Origin: Nitrososphaerales archaeon
GTDB taxonomy: Archaea; Thermoproteota; Nitrososphaeria; Nitrososphaerales; UBA213
DNA: 64,000 nt
Assembly: GCA_965197925.1 (NCBI GenBank)
Contig: CBDAOC010000020.1
Coordinates: 64,001 to 128,000, forward strand
Direction: 5' to 3'
The first letter of the stretch is position 1, and every line of letters starts with the position of its first letter. The position numbers and the translations under genes were made by a program. Under the pieces are notes generated by a model, which was not told the DNA's origin, did not search any database, and worked only from the letters and a program-made list of their open reading frames with translations. Shown here piece by piece: positions 32,992 to 42,290 of this stretch.

Positions 32992-33858
32992 ATGAGTTAT
33001 ACTAATTTGTTTCTAGCAGCACCTACAGTTTCGCAGAAAGGGATCAATGAAGAGTCCGATGTATACATATTTGGTATACCTTTTGATGCAACGTGTTCAT
33101 TTAGACCGGGGACCAGATTTGGACCAGATGCCATTAGACAAGCATTTGTCAACATTGAGATAAACTCTACACGCTATAATCTTAAATTGGAAGATTTGAC
33201 CATTGAAGATCTTGGAAATGTGAAGTTTAGTGTTAATACATCCACCATGCTCGATATGGTGGGTAAAGTTATGGGTGAAGTTATTGCGAAGAACAAGCAA
33301 ACTGTGATTTTGGGTGGCGAACACCTACTTACATATGGAACATTCATGAGCTTGCCGCATGATGTGGGTCTAGTGGTATTCGATGCGCATTACGATCTTA
33401 GAGATGAACTTACTGACACAAAGTTAAGTCACGGTACATTTTTGCGTAGAGTAATAGAGGAGAGAGGGAATTCTAATATTGTCCATGTTGGTGCAAGAGG
33501 ATTTAACACTGAAGAAGTGGATTTCAGAAATAAAATGAATTTAAAATCGATTTCTGGAAAGGAGTTGGTGAGTGGAACTGGTTTGAAGATGTTCAGAGAT
33601 TCTCTTTCGAGCTTTGATAACGTGTATGTAAGTATAGATCTTGATGTTGTAGATCCAGCATTTGCTCCTGGCGTAGGTACGCCAGAAGCATTGGGAATAA
33701 CACCACAGCAGTTAATGGATCTTATTTATGCTATGGAAGACAAAAAAATAAAATATTTTGATATTGTAGAATTGTCACCTCCATACGACAATGGTGCAAC
33801 TGCGACATTAGCAGCAAAGCTAATGGCAGAGACAATTATCATGAATTCTCGACATTAG
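32992..33858 (+). CDS. speB: Agmatinase
   Basis: RPGTRFGP, GGEH, DAHYD, SHG, DLDVVDPAFAPGVGTP, ELSP. Confidence 0.93.
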   Translation: MSYTNLFLAAPTVSQKGINEESDVYIFGIPFDATCSFRPGTRFGPDAIRQAFVNIEINSTRYNLKLEDLTIEDLGNVKFSVNTSTMLDMVGKVMGEVIAKNKQTVILGGEHLLTYGTFMSLPHDVGLVVFDAHYDLRDELTDTKLSHGTFLRRVIEERGNSNIVHVGARGFNTEEVDFRNKMNLKSISGKELVSGTGLKMFRDSLSSFDNVYVSIDLDVVDPAFAPGVGTPEALGITPQQLMDLIYAMEDKKIKYFDIVELSPPYDNGATATLAAKLMAETIIMNSRH

Positions 33859-33881
33859 ACGATTTCTCGACATTAGACGAT
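33846..33881. repeat. 18-bp perfect tandem duplication across the speB stop codon
   Basis: TTCTCGACATTAGACGAT x2. Confidence 0.9.
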
Positions 33882-34610
33882 TATACGGTATAAAGTAACA
33901 CTTGCCTTGAATATAAATTTCAGCGGTAAGAAGTACAGAATAGTATTATAAAAAAATAAGAGTACGGTGAAAGTAATTATTTTAATTTCTGATATACATT
34001 CTGATATACACATTAATTGACCTTCGTCTATCTAACGGTATCTAGGGATATTTCATCCTAAAAAAGTCAAGATGAGTTATTTCTTGATTTGAATTCGATT
34101 CTCAGAAGGGGTAAGAAAAACTATTGATAATATTTGGACTAGGTAGGATAATTGCAGGTCTAGAAGTAACGAAGGCAATACATTTGTAATATGATGCCAA
34201 AAGGATGTGAGTCTAGATTGATACCTGCTCAAATAACTGATACCCAAACTACTATTGAAACACAAGCAATTGAACTGAGTTTTAGGAGCATTAAATCAAT
34301 TTGTGTTGTAGGGAAATCATATTTGAGAAAATAATATTTCTCTCCCAAATGACTTCGCAAATAGAGAAGAAAATCTAATTGCTACATGGATATTTACTTT
34401 ATCATTATGCCAAAAATGATTGTAAAATTCTCATCTTATATGATAACCTTCAAAGGGCTTTACTTTATGCTGAAATGATTGAGTCAGAAACAAGATAGAA
34501 CTAAACAGGCTCCATTTTTTGAAAAAAGAATATGTGGATATAACTTCGTGTATGTATTATACCCATACGCGCTCAACCAAATTAGATCGCCTAATACTAA
34601 TTAGAAAAGA

Positions 34611-35243
34611 ATGATATCTTTCAATAATTATGTAAGAGCAACAATAGCGGTTGCAATTGTGAGCTTATTAATCATGCCAAACGTTCTACTGGATAGTAAA
34701 GCTCAACCAATTACGAAGTACCTTGAGGTGGAAATAAGAGAGAATGACTATAACTCATTGGAAAAGAAGATTATACTTCGTAATAACATGCTTCAGCCAA
34801 TTAAGCAGATAAGACTATCGTTGTCTCCAGAGCTCGCAGGTGGTAATTACCTGTTGAGTGAATATGCCTTTAAACAGATCGAAGATTTTGAAATTATAAC
34901 AATAAAGAAGAATGAGGGATTCAATGGAGAACCTCTGACAGGCTATATGATACTTTCTGCTGCCAATACTGAAGAACCTGCTAAATTGATAGTAAATGAA
35001 GGAGATGATGACTTTACAATTGAACTTCCTATACAAAAGCCTCTGTATACATATAAGGAATTAAGGTTGATCTATATGAGCTGTTTTGATGAGTTGAAAT
35101 CCAAGATGAACAACGCAATACAAATAAATGAAGTCGATGAAATGCAAGCAGATTACTTCAACAAGAATCCATTTGGAAACAAGATTCGTGAATTCTTATT
35201 TGATCAGATTGTAAGTTGTAGTTCATTGAAACAGACTATGTAA
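34611..35243 (+). CDS. Secreted hypothetical protein (210 aa)
   Basis: N-terminal signal-peptide-like segment. Confidence 0.75.
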   Translation: MISFNNYVRATIAVAIVSLLIMPNVLLDSKAQPITKYLEVEIRENDYNSLEKKIILRNNMLQPIKQIRLSLSPELAGGNYLLSEYAFKQIEDFEIITIKKNEGFNGEPLTGYMILSAANTEEPAKLIVNEGDDDFTIELPIQKPLYTYKELRLIYMSCFDELKSKMNNAIQINEVDEMQADYFNKNPFGNKIREFLFDQIVSCSSLKQTM

Positions 35244-35435
35244 TGTTGTATGTGGTTGGTTCAATGATGAAGAAGGCTAAATGAACCGATAAATTGATTT
35301 GAAATAACATGTAAGGATTTTATGTATTGAGGGTGGACAACGAAATATGAGATTGACAATGACCAGGTTTTCATGAATCTCCACATTTTATCAGTTCAAT
35401 ATGATATGAAAATACTGTATTGAGTTACTTTTGTG

Positions 35436-35449
35436 CAAAGATTTAATAG
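35436..35449 (+). promoter_or_regulatory. BRE/TATA-like promoter upstream of the structured RNA
   Basis: CAAAGA followed by TTTAATA, about 27 nt before the terminal helix at 35475. Confidence 0.45.
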
Positions 35450-35474
35450 CTATCTAACCTGCTCATCTAAACTT

Positions 35475-35670
35475 GTAGCGGGGACTCCGTAGCGAGGTTA
35501 ACTACCCTACAAGGGTGGGGAAGCCAGGTCAACCCAAATGGGGCCGAATCCCGGCGGGCTCATAATCAACTTAATGAGAGACCCGCAGAGCGGTGATCGA
35601 ATTTGGTTCGCAGATTCGACCGCAAGTTCAAGATGGGAGAAATCTCTCAGGAAAGTCCACCCCCCGCTAC
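35475..35670 (+). ncRNA. Unassigned structured non-coding RNA (~196 nt)
   Basis: GC-rich island in AT-rich DNA. Closing helix GTAGCGGGG/CCCCGCTAC plus five internal hairpins. G-U pairs are valid only on the + strand. Confidence 0.75.
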
Positions 35671-35842
35671 TGCTTTCCAAACGAATAGAATCTATCCATT
35701 TTTCTAAAGTAATGGAATTGCTTTTTCCATCAATGGTTTAATATTACCAAAGGAACCATAATAATCAAACGCGTTAATTCCTGAACTCCCTCACAATTAA
35801 CCTCTCCTGATTTTCAAAAAACGTATGGATGCGACTAAATCT

Positions 35843-37207
35843 TTAGGAAAGTTTCACTACAACATCCATTTGAATTGAATTATATGATCCGAATCTACAA
35901 TACCAATTTGGCTTTAAAACCCATTCCCATCCATATTTTTCTATTCCATATCTCTGTATTGGTTTTGTCAGATGCCTTTGTGCTTTAGGCAATGGAATGT
36001 ACAATCCTTCTTTGACATCCCTTGATATTTCTGTGCTTATTTTTTGTATTGTGCGTTCCCTTACACCACAACTTTCACATTTGTATCCCTTATTAAACCC
36101 GGCAGATTTGAGTCTCTTACCACATCTTTTGCATTGTGGATTTATGTAACTTAGCTTGTGGGCAAGTTGCAGAATTTTGATATATTCTAGATTAATCACT
36201 TTTGGATGCTTCATAGTAGCTTTTCGTACTCCACCACCAATTTCAATTAAATCACTAATGCTCAACCTTTGTGACAATTGACTTAATCCAGTAGGCTCAT
36301 AAACCGCACAAAAGGCTATACCGTTTTGTGTTTTCAGGTTAAAGAATGTGTGTCCCCCCTTGATCGTGTAAGGAAGATTTTCAACCGTCCCTTTCATAAA
36401 ACCAGATGTATGTGGTTTCAGCCTAGACAGATCAAGTTCATGTGTTAAATGCATGTTTGTACCTTGATTAGTTCTAAAGATAATATAACCTTCAAGCTCT
36501 TCTTGTATATCGAGCATAAGAAATGCCCGTAACAAAATGTTATCTGCTTCTCCTCTAATCCCGCAAAATATTGGGTCGGGTCCTCTAGGCGTGATCAGAA
36601 CTCGTTCGTTCTTGTAATCATAATTGTTGTATGTATTTGGGTAGGTTCGTTCGTTCATTGAAATGATTTGCATTTTTGATATCTCTCTAGGCTTTCCATG
36701 GTTTGCATATTTCCTATACGCTATTATCTCGAATGTATAATCATGGAGTTCAGCTCCTATAGCAGATAATGCACCTACAATACCTCGACCATTTCCGAGT
36801 TCGTATGTATAGATTCCATGAGTTTGCGCAACCTTCCTTGCGAACTTTCTACTTATGACATCGTGATATGCCTTCTTCGTCAATTCCTTTACATCAATCG
36901 GAATAGTTTTACCAGAATAAAATACAACGCAAGGGTTGGCGCCAGTGAATGTATGAGAATTTTTTTCTACTAAGTTTTTTACACCTTTCACTACTATATT
37001 CTCATTATTTACCTCTACGTGCAAGGCAATTGCACCATTACCTCTGGTTTTCCATGGAATGTTAGGGTTAAGCCTAACCAGTAATGGATAATCTAGAAAC
37101 TTCGCATTTAGCTTCAGTAAAAAATCAACTATCTTGTAAGCTAAATAAGTAGTACACATACCTTGTCGAGAGTCAGTATCATCCAGACCAATATGCAATA
37201 ATGGCAT
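35843..37207 (-). CDS. tiaS: tRNA(Ile2) agmatidine synthetase
   Basis: IGLDDTDS..GMCTTY, RLNPNIPWKTRGNGA, GPDP, TNQGT, GGH, Zn ribbon CxxC..CxxC, RHLTKP. Confidence 0.95.
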   Translation of the reverse strand: MPLLHIGLDDTDSRQGMCTTYLAYKIVDFLLKLNAKFLDYPLLVRLNPNIPWKTRGNGAIALHVEVNNENIVVKGVKNLVEKNSHTFTGANPCVVFYSGKTIPIDVKELTKKAYHDVISRKFARKVAQTHGIYTYELGNGRGIVGALSAIGAELHDYTFEIIAYRKYANHGKPREISKMQIISMNERTYPNTYNNYDYKNERVLITPRGPDPIFCGIRGEADNILLRAFLMLDIQEELEGYIIFRTNQGTNMHLTHELDLSRLKPHTSGFMKGTVENLPYTIKGGHTFFNLKTQNGIAFCAVYEPTGLSQLSQRLSISDLIEIGGGVRKATMKHPKVINLEYIKILQLAHKLSYINPQCKRCGKRLKSAGFNKGYKCESCGVRERTIQKISTEISRDVKEGLYIPLPKAQRHLTKPIQRYGIEKYGWEWVLKPNWYCRFGSYNSIQMDVVVKLS

Positions 37208-37211
37208 TAAT

Positions 37212-37445
37212 CTATCCTTCTACAACTATCATAGTTAACGTAGATCTTACTTGCTCAAGTCTTCTTATCTTCCAAGTTATAGTTTCCTTTACCTTTTCCA
37301 TAGTATCACCCTCTATTTTTGCTACAATATCGTAAACCCCATAGACGACGAACACTTCAGTTACATCTTCAATGTTTTTTAATTCTTTTATGAGTGATTC
37401 TTCGGCCCCTAGTTCAGCATTGATAAGTACAAATGCTTTTGGCAT
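37212..37445 (-). CDS. Lrp/AsnC ligand-binding-domain protein
   Basis: AFVLIN...VYGVYDIVAKI...STLTM, a stand-alone RAM domain. Confidence 0.9.
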   Translation of the reverse strand: MPKAFVLINAELGAEESLIKELKNIEDVTEVFVVYGVYDIVAKIEGDTMEKVKETITWKIRRLEQVRSTLTMIVVEG

Positions 37446-38155
37446 GCAACCTTTACCAACGTCAGAGTATTAAATATTATGTAATATTGAGTTATTTTTA
37501 GCTAATCGATTTGTATTGCTATCTTTTCGTTTGGAAGAACTCAATCGAAATTCAGAGCAGCAGATATAAAACATTAGGCTTGAGTATCTAAAGTTTTGAA
37601 AGTTTTTTAACTTTTTTTAAGAACTTTGGTAAGCTCCCTAATGTAGCAAATTGATGCTATTAGCATAATATTCCAAGGTCTTAATGACTTTTGTTTCATT
37701 AATCACCTGGTTACCAGCTCCAGTTTGATCCCGAACAATGACCAAGAAATCCAAAATTGGTCACTACTGTTTGCGCTCAAAGTGTAGTGAAGTTGACTGA
37801 GGAGATTTTTTGGTTGTTTCCTATGATGGTAATCATTATCGAGGTGATTTATGGATCTCACTCGAAGCTCGTCATCATTATAACTTTTCAGTATAGAAAC
37901 TCAAATCTGAGTAAATTTCATATGTACTTGAGTTCGTTCAATTTCTTGCTTCACTCTATCGGAGTAATCAATATCACGAATATACAATAATTGTAGCGGA
38001 TTTGGTAGGTGCTGTGTTCTTGTGAGAAAGTTTTTGAATAATACAAGGTAGATTTATCAGGCAGTTTATGGAAGTTTCATACGAATGAACCAAGGCACTC
38101 GGAAGGGTGGATACAATGATGATATTAAATTAGATAGGAAAGGTTCCAAGAACAG

Positions 38156-38959
38156 GTGGTAGCTGGAGAAAAAGGGTATTATGATACGGTTGAAAAGATC
38201 TTCCTTCCTGAAAAAATGTTTAGAGCCCTGATAGCAGAGCTACGTCCTGATCTCAATTCGATTCCAATCATGGAAAACATTCTCATAGAAATGAGTCGAG
38301 CCACGGTTGAACAAAACTTGCGGCGAGTTGGATCTTTGGAAAAAAATTCTTATGCGCAGATTAATCTAATGCACCTCTCTCACAATTATTTGACAGAGCG
38401 CAAGAATATCAAAGAACTAATGGCAATTTTATATATAGACCTAGTAGGTTCTACGGCAATATCGGCGACCTTGCAGCCTGCTGAGTTGGCTACTCTAGTA
38501 AGAGTATTTTGTCAGGAGATGTCAGTAATGAAATCAAAACATAAAGGATATATGTTGAAATATGCAGGAGATGCTGTTATTGGTTATTTTCCCAAAGCAC
38601 CTGATCTGTTGAGTGCATGCGAAAATGCTGTGAAATGTGCTCGCCTCATGAGATTAGTGATCAACGATTCAATAAATTCTATACTTTTCCAAATGAAGTA
38701 TCCGAAATTAAGACCTAGAATAGCTGTTGATGCGGGTGAAAATCAAATTGTTGTTCTTGGATATGAGCCTGATCTTCTAGGGCACGTGATCAGTGGAGCC
38801 GCAAAGATAATGGGAAAGGCCAAGCCGAATCAGATTGTGATAGGAGACAATGTTTTTAGCAACCTTAATGGGGATCTCAAAAATAAATTCTGCCATGGAG
38901 ATACATACATCCTGTTAGAGGCTGAAGAAGATTATCAAGTTTATCTTTCCATTGATTAA
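38156..38959 (+). CDS. Class III adenylate/guanylate cyclase-like protein
   Basis: Metal Asp motifs YIDLVGST and KYAGDAV; RIAVDAG; DLLG; AAKI. Confidence 0.85.
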   Translation: MVAGEKGYYDTVEKIFLPEKMFRALIAELRPDLNSIPIMENILIEMSRATVEQNLRRVGSLEKNSYAQINLMHLSHNYLTERKNIKELMAILYIDLVGSTAISATLQPAELATLVRVFCQEMSVMKSKHKGYMLKYAGDAVIGYFPKAPDLLSACENAVKCARLMRLVINDSINSILFQMKYPKLRPRIAVDAGENQIVVLGYEPDLLGHVISGAAKIMGKAKPNQIVIGDNVFSNLNGDLKNKFCHGDTYILLEAEEDYQVYLSID

Positions 38960-39040
38960 TTAGCAAACGTGTAGAATATACCATAAAAATATATGAAAAA
39001 GTAAAGAACGCATAAATACTAAAATCAGATACTAAATCTT

Positions 39041-40456
39041 GTGGTTGATCATTCTAAAGTAGAATCGGGATTGGAAGATCTACATGAATTCATAGAAATT
39101 GGTAATCGTTCGTTGCTGCTTAAAGGTAGATCCGGTACTGGAAAGCTAACACTCGCTTTTGAACTTGCAAAAAATCATAAAGATAAATTTGATGTAATCT
39201 TTATATCGCGAGGAGCGACCGAGCAAACTCTCTACAGAAGGTTTCCGTGGATCAAAAATATTGTTAAACAGAAGAACATCATATCCGTCTCCAGCAGGGA
39301 CATCATGCTGGATGATCCATCCTTTATCATAACCAATGTAATAAATTCTCTAGCGAATCTCACTCCTACTGTGCAGGATCCTTTTATATCTCTAGAAGAA
39401 AACGTTCGCCCTTTTGTTATACTTGATATCTAGGATACGATAACGAAGGAAGTAGATGTTCCAACAAGAATAAGAGCTGAAAAGCTCTTGACTTCTATGA
39501 CAGAAAAGCATGTTGGCTTTCTCGTGTTTCTTACTGAAGAAACTGAAAATCCTACAATAGAGTATCTCGTAGATGGTGTTATCTATCTCACCCAAAATTT
39601 CTATAAATCTTATCGCTTAAGGGAGATTCATCTGGAAAAACTTAGAGGAGTTTCAATAACTAGGTCTAAAGTCCCATTTACTTTGGATAGCGGCAGGTTT
39701 AGAGCCTTTTCCAGGATTTCACACCATCTTCCAAGACCCCCCAAGAATTTTGTTGCTATCTCTCACAGTGAGAATTTTTATTCTACAGGTAATACCGACC
39801 TTGATGAAAGGTTGAATGGTGGATTCAAGAGGGGGAGTGTAATTTCATTAGAGATGGAAGAGGAGGTAGATAGATGGGTATTCGTACCAGTTTTGCTTCC
39901 TCTACTTCTAAACTTTATCGCCCAGGGGAATCCGGCTATGGTAGTATCCGCAGCCGATCAAGACGTATAATCTGTGATGAGACATGTTGTTCCTCACGTT
40001 GATAAGGAGTCAATAGATAAATTCTTTAGGATATTTGGAAGTGATGTTGTGGAATCCTCCTGTGTAGTATCGCTACCAGGCAAGAACTTTACAGAAGATT
40101 ATGATACATGGGTTGAAGCTTATAGCAGGATCAGAGAAGAATCCAAGGGCTGTGTTATGAGCATAGATTATAGCTTTCTAGAGTTGAAGTATCAAGGTGA
40201 TATACAATCTATACTCAGAAGTATTGTGGATATGTCCCGTATTATGAGAGCTTCACATGACCTACTTGTCATAGTATCACGGCCTAATTTTAAAACATTG
40301 GAGGTAATGAAGAGTGTGAGCGATGTGCACTTGAAAATATTTGAACATAATGGGGCAACGATGCTTGCGGCGATCAAACCGCAACTATTCTTGAGTAATA
40401 TACAAACGGATAGTAACCTGGGATTCCCAAGGGCGATGCTTCTGGATAGTAGATGA
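39041..40456 (+). pseudogene. KaiC/RAD55-like (GvpD-like) P-loop ATPase pseudogene
   Basis: Three ORFs in one frame, split by TAG 39431 and TAA 39968. GRSGTGK, EYLVDGVI.L, LEKLRG, PFTL..G.F and STG..DLD..L.GG motifs. Confidence 0.85.
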
Positions 40457-41152
40457 AAGTTTGGTATTGATTGTGCTATCCACAGACCTGATCACTGAGA
40501 ATTGTTGGTGTAAAACCAATCTTATTCTACTTGTATAAATAGGATTAGTGATAAAAATTTCGATCTTCAAAAACTTCATTACCTTCTGAGCAAATTGCAT
40601 TATCTTGAAATTCGAATATAATCCTAGAGTATTCGTGATTCTTTGAGGTTTGAGGCCATAGTTATACATTTTTTGTATCCCGCATATAATGGAAAATCTT
40701 ACCCTTGGGGATCCAGAATGTTCTGGCCGTCATGATCTTTGGTAAATACGTTCCTATCTTCGGAACCTACCAATAATTCAACTTCTCATTTAGTGTTAAT
40801 TCGTTTTATAGATCTTAGGAATTGTCAACTTTCCTTTGAGTAGAAAAATTTCTTTACACCTTATTATTAGTATGAATTAATTCCCAATGATAGAGATCTT
40901 TACCATTTTTCTCTAGTTACGAAAAATAACATTATGCACAAAGATATCAAGATGAAAAAATAGTTAAGGAAGTTATTACTGTCGTTAAGCTTATCACGAC
41001 ATTTTTTTCAATATGCTAACCATCGCTAGATTAGAATATTTTAAGATTGATTAAATATTACCCTAGTGCTAACATTAGTTAATACTCCATTGATCGGAAT
41101 ACAAGTTATCGCAATTCATAACTCCTTCGCTCCATTTTTTTGAATATACTAA

Positions 41153-42207
41153 GAGCTTATCCGAAAATTAACATCATAGCCTAATTGTTTATACCGAAAC
41201 AGATCTAGATCTGTTCTCTCTAGCTAAATTTGTGAGAAAATCAAAGAAAAAGAGCATGCCGACGATATGGCATATACCAGACGATCTATGGGTAGAGTTC
41301 AAACTAGTGTTGCTACCAGAGAAACCAGCAAGAACAGTTGGAAGGCCAGCTGTGCCATTTAGAAAAGTATTGAATGGAATACTGTACGTATTAAGAACTG
41401 GATGCCAGTGGAAGAAAGTATCTAAAGAATTTGGTTCTGGCTCAACTTGCCACGCAAGATTTCAGGAATGGGTTGGGATAGGAGTATTCAAGAAGGTATG
41501 GAAGAGGCTGCTGGAAATATATGATGAATTAAAGAGCATGGGATGGGACTGGCAATCCATGGATAGCGTACCGAAGGCCCCATTAGGGGGAAAACGGCCG
41601 AGCAAACCCAACGGATAGAGGCAAGCTAGGTACCAAACGTCACATGCTGGTTGATAGAAGAGGTATTCCTCTCTCATCTGTAATTACTGGAGCAAATAAA
41701 CACGATATGAAATCAGCCTTTCCTACAATAGATAGCATTGTTGTTGATAGGCCCAAAGTTAAACAGAACATATGTATGAATAGGATATGATTTCCCTGAG
41801 ATAGAGTATAGAGTATGAAATATGGAGTTAGGAAGGGGATACGTGGATCACATTCGTCATAAGGGTGAAGTGTTGAAAAAGAATTTGTACAAAGCAAAGA
41901 GATGGGTTGTAGAAAGAACCGCATCTTGGCATAACAGGTTCAGAAAGTTATTGGTAAGGTTCGAGAAGAGAGAGGAAAATTATCAGGCGCTAGTAGAATT
42001 TGCTAACTGCCTAATAGTGTATAGAGCGATATATTGGTAGTGTCATAAACACGTTAATGCAACTGTTTCTAGTATCTATTATCTACAATACTAATAAAAT
42101 CAATAGTAAGAAAACTAAACCTGACAGTTTGAACTAATATTCTTGCATTCTAAATGTTATCATTTCTACCAATCATTAACTATCAGCTAGAATTTTAGGA
42201 TAGGCTC
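41153..42207 (+). mobile_element. IS5-family element, copy 1 (transposase frameshifted)
   Basis: 17-bp TIRs GAGCTTATCCGAAAATT / AATTTTAGGATAGGCTC with TAA TSD. LRTGCQW, GTKRH..VD..GIPL and RWVVERT..W...R.L motifs. Confidence 0.93.
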
Positions 42208-42290
42208 TAAGTGATACTCCAAAAAATATGTTCCCTTGGGAAATAGGTCGAGGATAACGCTTAATTATTGAAACAAAGAAAAAAAACATT

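Noticed and set aside
34533..34570. loxP-like or dif-like site (ATAACTTCGTGTA; GGATATAA)
   Set aside because: Only one arm matches, with no inverted second arm.
35475..35670. Canonical RNase P RNA, SRP RNA, tRNA, or cobalamin/glycine riboswitch
   Set aside because: Only isolated motifs match (GGAAAGTCC, CCCCCGCTACTG, AATCTCTCAGG, GAATCCCGG). The required partner motifs and order are missing, and no credible downstream co-oriented gene exists.
35538..35741. 67-aa ORF
   Set aside because: It overlaps the structured RNA and is probably a GC-driven chance ORF.
39431..39433. Pyrrolysine or other TAG recoding
   Set aside because: Trp is expected here, the same gene also has an in-frame TAA, and TAG is used as a normal stop elsewhere (smc, aspS).
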